Part shown: piece after piece, positions 11,154 to 18,400 of the stretch
Layout: every line of letters begins with the position of its first letter
How positions within the stretch are numbered: the stretch's first letter is position 1
Source: an uncultured Gammaproteobacteria bacterium
GTDB taxonomy: Bacteria > Patescibacteriota > Patescibacteriia > UBA1558 > GWA2-36-10
NCBI GenBank assembly: GCA_964424615.1
Contig: CAYRIU010000046.1
Location: forward strand, 525-64,524
Reading direction: 5' to 3'
DNA: 64,000 nucleotides
Position numbers and translations under genes: made by a program
Notes under the pieces: model-generated
Told to the model about the DNA's origin: nothing
Database searches by the model: none
What the model saw: the letters and a program-made list of their open reading frames with translations, nothing else

Positions 11154-11240
11154 TGGTGCCGAAGAGAGGATTTGAACCTCCACAGCCTCACGGCTACACG
11201 GCTCTGAACCGTGCGTGTCTACCAATTTCACCACTTCGGC
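11154..11240 (-). tRNA. tRNA-Leu(CAG)
   Basis: GCCGAAGTGGTGAAATTGGTAGAC..., CACGG-TTCAGAG-CCGTG, variable arm, 3' ACCA. Confidence 0.95.
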
Positions 11241-11357
11241 TAGTCTAAAATCTATATCATATTATTATATTTATGCCTTGCTGTCCATATAGCATCAAAT
11301 AAAAATAGCTCCATTTTTTGGAGCTATTATTTTAAACTAGTTGTACAAAAATTATAA

Positions 11358-12500
11358 TTATTTTTTTGACAAAATATCATGATACAAGTCTACCATCCTA
11401 TCAATCATATTATCGGCTTTGAACATGATGGCTGTCTGACGAGCCTTGAGAGCCATGGCGTTTCGTAAATCTGTATCATGTAGCAATAGATTTATCTTAT
11501 CCTCTGCTTCTGCTAGACTATGGACAATAAAACCATTTTCACCATCACGGATAATCTCAGGCGCCACGCCCACTGGATAGCTGATCGGTACTAGCTGCTG
11601 GGACATGAGCTCAATGAGACTCAGAGAAAAACCTTCATATCTAGACAACAACAAAGCGATGCTGCCAGCTTGCTTTTGCAAAATTGCCGGTATCGTATCT
11701 TTGGCGGCATTGTCTAGGACTACATGCTTATCTATATTATGTTGCAACCATGATACCAATTTTTTATTTCTAGACATCACTATTGATAGCTTGGGGACAT
11801 GAGGAAATTTACGCAAAAGATAAATAAGCCTATCTACACCCTTGAGCTTAAAAGTAAAAGCATCTTCACCCATCCTACCAAGAAAAATAATACTAGGTTC
11901 TTGGACTGGCACTCTATCCAAATCATCAAACCAGTAATCTTCAATGGCGTTGTGTATGATGGTAATTTTTTTAGGATCGACACCAGCACCCACTAGATCA
12001 TCTTTGACTATCTGCGAGGTAGCTATGATGTAGTCAACATGATCAGCAGCATATTTTTCAATAGAAAAAATATCATTCAATGGTCTGCGAGTCTGGATAT
12101 TCACCTCCTTGAGTACGGCGTCTTTTTGTAGCTGATACAATATGTCAGCACAACCCTCTTCTAAAAGAGAAGTCTTGGGCACGGCTCTCAAAAATCCAAT
12201 AGTAGTAGAACCAAAATGAGATACTATGGGTCTAGAAAATCTTAAAAAAGCTAATGGTGTATAGGTGGTGCCCTGAATAATATCACATTTCAAAAATTCG
12301 TCGCGCTTTTCTAATAATGAATAAAAAAATAAAATATTATTTATACCTTTAAAATGCACAGGAGCATCATTGAGCAAAAATTTGGGATAAAAATTGCGTA
12401 CATCGACATGACGACTACGCAATTTAGAAACAATTAAATCATTGATAATATTGGCTCCTGTGCCAATCTTTTTTTCATTATGTATAAAAGCAATTTTCAT
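11358..12500 (-). CDS. GT4-family glycosyltransferase
   Basis: IHNAI, FLGR, SRYEGFSLSLIE (E-x7-E) and GENGFIV. Confidence 0.88.
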   Translation of the reverse strand: MKIAFIHNEKKIGTGANIINDLIVSKLRSRHVDVRNFYPKFLLNDAPVHFKGINNILFFYSLLEKRDEFLKCDIIQGTTYTPLAFLRFSRPIVSHFGSTTIGFLRAVPKTSLLEEGCADILYQLQKDAVLKEVNIQTRRPLNDIFSIEKYAADHVDYIIATSQIVKDDLVGAGVDPKKITIIHNAIEDYWFDDLDRVPVQEPSIIFLGRMGEDAFTFKLKGVDRLIYLLRKFPHVPKLSIVMSRNKKLVSWLQHNIDKHVVLDNAAKDTIPAILQKQAGSIALLLSRYEGFSLSLIELMSQQLVPISYPVGVAPEIIRDGENGFIVHSLAEAEDKINLLLHDTDLRNAMALKARQTAIMFKADNMIDRMVDLYHDILSKK

Positions 12501-12530
12501 TTTTTCTACTTAATGATAAAAAATATCCAG

Positions 12531-13121
12531 CTACCTTCTTTTGCTCTCCAACCAATCTGGTACTGGAATAAAAGTAATATTTGGCCAAGCATCTACCTCA
12601 GCCTCACTCACATCATAATATGTTTGATAAGCATTTTCTACACTACCATGAATAGCTTTTGTCCAATCTAAACTAAGTTGCTTCGCTATTTTTTGTAAAA
12701 TTTCTTCGCTTTTTCCTTCTAATTCCACAAAAGTTGGCAGCCAAGGCCAGGTATCTATTGTCACCTCTACTCCCTCTAGATCCCACCTTTCTCTCTTTGT
12801 TTCTTGATAAGATTTATTTTCCAAACCTATAGTGGAAAGTAAACTACAAATTTTATCAAAATCTTCGACTATCAGGGAAAGCTCTTTAGTGCCATCTATA
12901 TTTCTATTTAGTAGTTGTTTATAAGCTAATGTGACTTTGTCACCTTCATCACGTACCCTGATCCAGCCACCAATTTTTTCTAAACGACTATCAGGATAGT
13001 CAAAATTTTTACGGCGCATCAATCTTTCTTCGTGAACCAAAACAGCGCCATTTTTTTTCAAAATATCTCTCAAGCCATCTGGATTAATATCCAAAAATTT
13101 TGCTTCAATTTCTACTTGCAT
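12531..13121 (-). CDS. CYTH-domain protein (class IV adenylate cyclase-like)
   Basis: N-terminal EIEAK (ExExK), WIRVR and FVELE; start ATG 13121. Confidence 0.88.
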   Translation of the reverse strand: MQVEIEAKFLDINPDGLRDILKKNGAVLVHEERLMRRKNFDYPDSRLEKIGGWIRVRDEGDKVTLAYKQLLNRNIDGTKELSLIVEDFDKICSLLSTIGLENKSYQETKRERWDLEGVEVTIDTWPWLPTFVELEGKSEEILQKIAKQLSLDWTKAIHGSVENAYQTYYDVSEAEVDAWPNITFIPVPDWLESKRR

Positions 13122-13131
13122 AAAATTTACT

Positions 13132-13192
13132 TGGTCGACCGTGTCCCGCAACGCGGGACGACCTCTTACAAAAATGCCAGGCACTCTCCCAA
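13132..13192 (-). pseudogene. tRNA-Ala-like remnant with its T-arm replaced by a 15-bp hairpin
   Basis: On the tRNA strand: ...GGGAGAGTGC...GAGGTCG[TCCCGCGTTGCGGGA]CACGGTCGACCA. Confidence 0.7.
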
Positions 13193-13199
13193 TATTGTC

Positions 13200-13276
13200 T
13201 GGTGGACCAAGTGGGATTCGAACCCACTACCTCTGCAATGCGAATGCAGTGCTCTACCAAATTGAGCTATTGGCCC
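13200..13276 (-). tRNA. tRNA-Ala(CGC)
   Basis: G3:U70 acceptor GGGCCAA/TTGGTCC; CTGCA-TTCGCAT-TGCAG; CCA. Confidence 0.95.
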
Positions 13277-13291
13277 CTCAAATAAAATTGG

Positions 13292-13356
13292 GCGAATGCA
13301 GCGCTCTAGCCTCCGCCTCCGCCAGTTGGCGGATGGCGGATGAGCTAACGGCCCCT
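13292..13356 (-). pseudogene. 5' half of a tRNA-Ala(CGC) with a 29-bp nested hairpin in the D-loop
   Basis: gcgaatgcagcgctctagcc[tccgcctccgccagttggcggatggcgga]tgagctaacggccc matches the 5' half of the neighbouring tRNA-Ala. Confidence 0.8.
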
Positions 13357-13362
13357 CAAAAG

Positions 13363-13439
13363 TGGTCGGGGTGATCAGACTCGAACTGACGACCTCAGCG
13401 TCCCGAACGCTGCGCGCTAGCCAACTGCGCTACACCCCG
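13363..13439 (-). tRNA. tRNA-Pro(CGG)
   Basis: CGGGGTGTAGCGCAG..., CAGCG-TTCGGGA-CGCTG, CCA. Confidence 0.95.
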
Positions 13440-13520
13440 CCTAAGCCAATTGACGATGCATCTTACAACAAAACAACAAATTTGTAAACAAATTTATCAG
13501 CTAAAAAATTTATTTTAATT

Positions 13521-13982
13521 TTATTTGTTTAGAAAAAAATTTGCCAACACTTGAAAAGTCAGTATCTTTGACATGAATAAAGCGCCCAAAACAATCAACA
13601 CTGCTCCAAAGGCAGCGCTCCATGTAAATTTTTCTCCCAAAAAAATAACAGCCAACACAAAAACGAAAACTATACTCAAGCGATCAATAGCCGAAGCCGT
13701 AGAAGCCTGACCTTTTTGAATGGCATAAAAATAAAACAACCAAGACAGTGCTCCTGCCACACCGCTCAAAATAATAAATAATAAAGCCTTACCTTCTATA
13801 GTATGTAGCAGTGAAGTTTTTTTCAAAGATACTGACACCAAGACCAAAAAAATAGCCATAACCACCGAACGAACAGTGGTAGCCAAGGTACTGTCAATAT
13901 TTTTTAAACCAATTTTACCAAAAATAGCAACTAATGCTGCAAAGATAGCTGAAAATAAAGCATAAATAATCCACAGTGGCAT
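13521..13982 (-). CDS. EamA-family single-repeat transporter
   Basis: MPLWIIYALFSAIFAALVAIFGKIG...IDRLS; the track's upstream extension runs into tRNA-Gly. Confidence 0.85.
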   Translation of the reverse strand: MPLWIIYALFSAIFAALVAIFGKIGLKNIDSTLATTVRSVVMAIFLVLVSVSLKKTSLLHTIEGKALLFIILSGVAGALSWLFYFYAIQKGQASTASAIDRLSIVFVFVLAVIFLGEKFTWSAAFGAVLIVLGALFMSKILTFQVLANFFLNK

Positions 13983-14008
13983 AAATTTAATATTAATTTT
14001 TATATTAC

Positions 14009-14084
14009 TGGAGCGGGCAACCGGATTCGAACCGGCGATCTCTTGCTTGGGAAGCAAGCATTCTACCAACTGAACTATACCCGC
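14009..14084 (-). tRNA. tRNA-Gly(CCC)
   Basis: GCGGGTATAGTTCAG..., CTTGC-TTCCCAA-GCAAG, 3' TCCA. Confidence 0.95.
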
Positions 14085-14121
14085 CTAAATCTTTTTTTAA
14101 TACACTGAAATTATACGGGTG

Positions 14122-14230
14122 GCGGGCAATCCCGCAACGCGGGACGATCTCTTGCTTGGCCCCGCCACGCGGGGTACCAACTGCCACCGCCACGGGCGGG
14201 GTCCCGCCAACGGCGGGAAACTATACCCGC
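14122..14230 (-). pseudogene. near full-length tRNA-Gly copy with three hairpin elements in the T-arm, anticodon arm and D-arm
   Basis: Blocks gcgggcaa, cgatctcttgcttgg, taccaactg and aactatacccgc are identical to tRNA-Gly and are separated by hairpins at 14130-14144, 14160-14174 and 14184-14218. Confidence 0.9.
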
Positions 14231-14238
14231 CTCAAAAA

Positions 14239-16827
14239 TCACGCTGCTTTGACGGTAATTTTTTTATTTGAATGTGCGCTAATATCAAAATCATATTTTT
14301 TGTAAAACAAACGCTTGCCAATCTCGATAAACATAAAATAAACAAAGACAATCAAGAAAATCGCCAAGACCATATATAGAGGTGGACGACCAAATTGGAA
14401 ATACTCACCTATCGCTGTGTATGGTATGATCCAGCCCAAAGCTACGCAAGTAAAAGTACTAAACAACAAATATTTACTAGGCCTACTCTGAATAAATGGT
14501 AATTTTTTGGTCCTGATAAAATGAATCACCAAAGTCTGAGTAGCTATAGACTCCATGAACCAACCCGCCTGAAACACTGACTGACTAGCATGAAAAACAC
14601 TATACAAAATATAAAAGGTTGTAAAGTCAAACAAGGAGCTAATCGGTCCAATCCACAACATAAAACGCTTGATAAACTGCATATTCCAACGCCTGGGTTT
14701 TTGTAGCCAATCCAGGTCAACATTGTCAGTCGGTATAGTCACCTGAGAAAAGTCATAAATAAAATTATTAAGCAAAATCTGTATAGGCAACATCGGCAAA
14801 AACGGTATAAAAAATACTACCAAAGTCATGCTGACCATATTGCCAAAATTTGAACTCAGACCCATCATGACATACTTCATGGTGTTGCCAAAAGATTTTC
14901 TACCTTCTAGCAAGCCCTCTTTCAAAATTTCCAAATTTTTGTGAGTCAAGACGATATCCGCTGACTCTTTGGCTACATCGACAGCATTGTCTACCGAGAT
15001 CCCAACGTCAGCTGCCTTGAGCGAAGGAGCGTCATTGATACCATCACCCAAGTAGCCCACCACATGACCATTGGCTCGCAGAGCATTGATCACTCTATTT
15101 TTTTGCTCCGGTGAAAAACGAGCAAAAATAGTAGTCTTCTCTACCATCACTGCCAAAGCATCATCAGTCAGATGCTCTACTTCGCTACCCATGATAGTAC
15201 CTTGGATCACCAAGCCGACTTCACGACAAATTTTGTTAGCCACTAGCTCATTGTCTCCGGTGATGACCTTCACTCGCACACCGACATTTCTCAAGTCTTC
15301 CAAAACTTGCTTTAAGCCTTTGCGTGGTGGATCAAGAAAAGCCACAAAACCACAAAGCTCTAGATCATTTTCATCCTGCTTGGTGTAGGATCTTTTTTTA
15401 CCAACAATTTTCTTGGTAGCGACAGCCAAAACACGATAGCCATCCCTACTCAAGCTCTCATAATACTCATGTGCTTTTTTGTGCCAAACTTTTCCAAATT
15501 TGGAAATCTTTTTGCCCTGTCTGAAGGTCTGACATTTTTTGAAGATCTCCTCTGGAGCACCCTTGGTGATCAACACTCTACCCTCTGCTCCCTCGACTAC
15601 GATACTCATCAAACGCCTGTTAAAATCAAATGGTATTTCGTCAATTTTTTTGTAGTGAGTGAGGGATATTTTTTTGAAATTAATAATAGCTGCGTCTAAG
15701 GGATTTTTTACACCAGTCTGAAAAAATCCATTGAGATAAGTATATTTGAAAACCTGCTCGTCATTTTCTCCTAGCAAGTTTGTATAGGTGACCAAAACTA
15801 TCTTGTCCTCGGTCAGTGTACCGGTCTTATCCGTACACAAAATATCCATACTACCAAAATTTGGAATGGCGGCTAATTTTTTGACTATCACTCCTTTTTT
15901 GGACATGCGTAGAGAGCCACGAGCCATAGTGATAGACATGATCATGGGTAGCAGCTCTGGCGTCACACCGACAGCCACTGCAATAGCAAACATAAAAGAA
16001 TCCAGAATCTGATGATTGATAAGAGAGTTAAATAAAAATATAAAAAGTACTAAAAAGAAGATTATCTTCATCACAAAATAACCAAAACGTGAAACACCAA
16101 TTTCAAATTCACTTTTTTCTTCTTTTTTGACTAGCTTGTTGGCTATCTGACCAAATTGAGTTTGGTTGCCAATCTTCAAAACTACAGCCGTAGCCGAACC
16201 GCTGACTACACTGGTGCCGGCAAATATAATATTACTCAAATCCACCAAAGGTATATCTTGGCCACGCAAACGCTTGGTATCTTTGGCATTGGGATATGAC
16301 TCACCAGTGAGAGCAGATTGATTGACATAAAAATCTTTGGCTTCGATAATGCGTGCATCAGCTGGCACTAGATTGCCGGCACTGATACTGATGACATCTC
16401 CTACACAAATACGAGAAGCTTTTACTTCTTTTTTCTGACCATCGCGTATGACTGTGGCCATAGTGCGAACTTTTTCTTTGAGGCGCTTGGCCGCTTGGCC
16501 AGCATTACGCTCTTCAAAAAAATCCAAAACCACACTCAAGAGTACCATGATAAATACAATGATAGCATTGCGCATCTCCCCAAAATAAGCAGAAATAGCG
16601 GTCACTATCAATAATATGATCACTAGAGGACTTTTGAAATATGAGAGAAATTCCAATACTACATTGAGCTCCTTTTTTTCTTCTATAGTATTGTAGCCAC
16701 AGATAGCGTGTCTTTTTTGAGCCGAACTATCTGATAAACCTTTGGCACTACTTTCTAATAATGAAAAAATATCGGCTATATCAAGCGTAGCAAAATATTC
16801 TAGCTTTTTATCTAATATATCTTTCAT
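14239..16827 (-). CDS. mgtA: Mg2+-translocating P-type ATPase
   Basis: TGES, TPELLP, DKTGTLT, TGDN, GDGINDAP and SSNFGN. Confidence 0.92.
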   Translation of the reverse strand: MKDILDKKLEYFATLDIADIFSLLESSAKGLSDSSAQKRHAICGYNTIEEKKELNVVLEFLSYFKSPLVIILLIVTAISAYFGEMRNAIIVFIMVLLSVVLDFFEERNAGQAAKRLKEKVRTMATVIRDGQKKEVKASRICVGDVISISAGNLVPADARIIEAKDFYVNQSALTGESYPNAKDTKRLRGQDIPLVDLSNIIFAGTSVVSGSATAVVLKIGNQTQFGQIANKLVKKEEKSEFEIGVSRFGYFVMKIIFFLVLFIFLFNSLINHQILDSFMFAIAVAVGVTPELLPMIMSITMARGSLRMSKKGVIVKKLAAIPNFGSMDILCTDKTGTLTEDKIVLVTYTNLLGENDEQVFKYTYLNGFFQTGVKNPLDAAIINFKKISLTHYKKIDEIPFDFNRRLMSIVVEGAEGRVLITKGAPEEIFKKCQTFRQGKKISKFGKVWHKKAHEYYESLSRDGYRVLAVATKKIVGKKRSYTKQDENDLELCGFVAFLDPPRKGLKQVLEDLRNVGVRVKVITGDNELVANKICREVGLVIQGTIMGSEVEHLTDDALAVMVEKTTIFARFSPEQKNRVINALRANGHVVGYLGDGINDAPSLKAADVGISVDNAVDVAKESADIVLTHKNLEILKEGLLEGRKSFGNTMKYVMMGLSSNFGNMVSMTLVVFFIPFLPMLPIQILLNNFIYDFSQVTIPTDNVDLDWLQKPRRWNMQFIKRFMLWIGPISSLFDFTTFYILYSVFHASQSVFQAGWFMESIATQTLVIHFIRTKKLPFIQSRPSKYLLFSTFTCVALGWIIPYTAIGEYFQFGRPPLYMVLAIFLIVFVYFMFIEIGKRLFYKKYDFDISAHSNKKITVKAA

Positions 16828-16901
16828 AACTAAAATAATTTTAGCATATTTCAGCAAAACAAAAAAACTGCCGAAGCAGTCTTGTTCTCTACTCAATGAA
16901 A

Positions 16902-16997
16902 TGGTGGGCATAGATTTTTGATACTTGCCACCGCGTAGCGGGGTCCCGCTCTGCGGGAAACCATCGACCCCGACTTTACCTGCCCGCCGAACTAAGC
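16902..16997 (-). pseudogene. 3' half of tRNA-Ile(UAU) with a 31-bp double hairpin in the T-loop
   Basis: tggtgggcatagat...acttg[16928-16958]aaccatcgaccccgacttta matches 17026-17066. Confidence 0.88.
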
Positions 16998-17025
16998 ACC
17001 TAAATCATATTATAAGATAAAAGTA

Positions 17026-17102
17026 TGGTGGGCATAGATGGACTTGAACCATCGACCCCGACTTTATAAGAGTCGTGCTCTAACCGACTGAGCTATATGC
17101 CC
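17026..17102 (-). tRNA. tRNA-Ile(UAU)
   Basis: GGGCATATAGCTCAGTCGGTTAGAGCA-CGACT-CTTATAA-AGTCG-GGGTCGATGGTTCAAGTCCATCTATGCCCACCA; anticodon TAT at 17066-17068. Confidence 0.92.
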
Positions 17103-17147
17103 TCGCAAAAAGTATTATAATTAAAGATTGATGTTTTGTGAAGTAGT

Positions 17148-18257
17148 CTATTCCTTACCCAAAAATTTCATCGCCTCTGCTAGCTTGTTGATCAATAAAT
17201 CTCTGGATTTGTCCAAAGAAAAATCTATCAACAATTTTACCATATTCTTTGACCCTTGGGGATTCAAATCTCGCACTAGATTCCACACATTGATATTATC
17301 TACAGCATAAATCCAGGCTTCAGTTTTTTCTAGCTCTACTTGATAAAAAATAATAGCCAACCTAGTGTCCGGAGTAGAGAGCATCAAATCTTTGACTAGC
17401 TCTTGAAAATCTTGGGGTAGAGTATCTATGTCGGCATGCTCTAGGTGAGAATATATGATCTGCCCCTTTTGCTTCAAACGAGACAAGATGCGACCCCAAT
17501 TTTTCAAAGTCATGATATCCTTCGTGCGATACAAGCCCTCGATGATAGACTGTCTATCTGCTCCTCCCACTATCAGCTGACTAGCTATCTCCAAAAGCTC
17601 TGGTGTCACTAGTGGTGACTGAAAACTATTGGTCGCAGCTATGATACCTGACAATAGGCAAGTAGACAATTCTTTGCTGAGCTGACTTTGAAAAAAATAA
17701 TAGCTAATCTCTGCCAAAGCAGTAGAGCTCAGCTCCACTATATTGAGCTGACCAAAATTTTCATTCAATATTGAACGATCAATATTGATAATATTGGTAT
17801 CATGAAAAAATCTTTTGTGCTCTGCAAATAAATTACCCAAAGAGTCCAAGCTACTCACACCCAAAGTGATGATCAAATTATAGGTCAAATGACCTTTTTC
17901 TATTTTGACATCTTGGCTATCAAAATTACCATCCTCTGGCAAAATATTTATACGCAATTCCTTATCTACTATATCATAGCTCAATTGCTTGACTCCTACT
18001 TTAGCAATATCCAAAACAATCTGAAACTTGTTGGCACTACTCAAGTCATTTTTTATCTCCAAAGTCTTGGGAAAAAAATTCCACACCTGATATTTTCCAG
18101 TCAAATAAATATCAGCCACCTTGCCTTGCTGACGCAAAAAAATCTGCCAAGCTGCAGCGGTGGCCACAATATCTATACTGGGATCTTGCGGTCCAGTGAT
18201 CAAAATACTATTAGCCTGGGAGATTAAGTTATTCAATTCTTTTACCGGAATTTGCAT
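17148..18257 (-). CDS. degenerate DHH-family protein
   Basis: DHH-like layout (ILIT..., INID, NFGQLN, LLSGII..TNSF) but the DxD and DHH residues are lost. Confidence 0.7.
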   Translation of the reverse strand: MQIPVKELNNLISQANSILITGPQDPSIDIVATAAAWQIFLRQQGKVADIYLTGKYQVWNFFPKTLEIKNDLSSANKFQIVLDIAKVGVKQLSYDIVDKELRINILPEDGNFDSQDVKIEKGHLTYNLIITLGVSSLDSLGNLFAEHKRFFHDTNIINIDRSILNENFGQLNIVELSSTALAEISYYFFQSQLSKELSTCLLSGIIAATNSFQSPLVTPELLEIASQLIVGGADRQSIIEGLYRTKDIMTLKNWGRILSRLKQKGQIIYSHLEHADIDTLPQDFQELVKDLMLSTPDTRLAIIFYQVELEKTEAWIYAVDNINVWNLVRDLNPQGSKNMVKLLIDFSLDKSRDLLINKLAEAMKFLGKE

Positions 18258-18400
18258 TTTTATCTTGTTTTGAACAAGTAAATCTATCCCAACACAAGAC
18301 AAATGTCAATGTCTTGCTTGCCTTTTTGGCAAGCAAACGGCTGTATTTCCTTGACTTTTTCTCGAAAATATAGTAAATTATGGGCTAATATAACAGCCAA

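Noticed and set aside
12531-16911. ORF-track N-terminal extensions (12531..13184, 13521..14069, 14239..16911) and short ORFs over tRNAs
   Set aside because: They run into tRNA genes or remnants; family motifs start at the downstream ATGs 13121, 13982 and 16827
11078-16997. Shadow tRNAs as intron-containing or split functional tRNAs
   Set aside because: Several copies lost essential sequence by replacement or truncation, inserts are too short for self-splicing introns, and intact copies are adjacent
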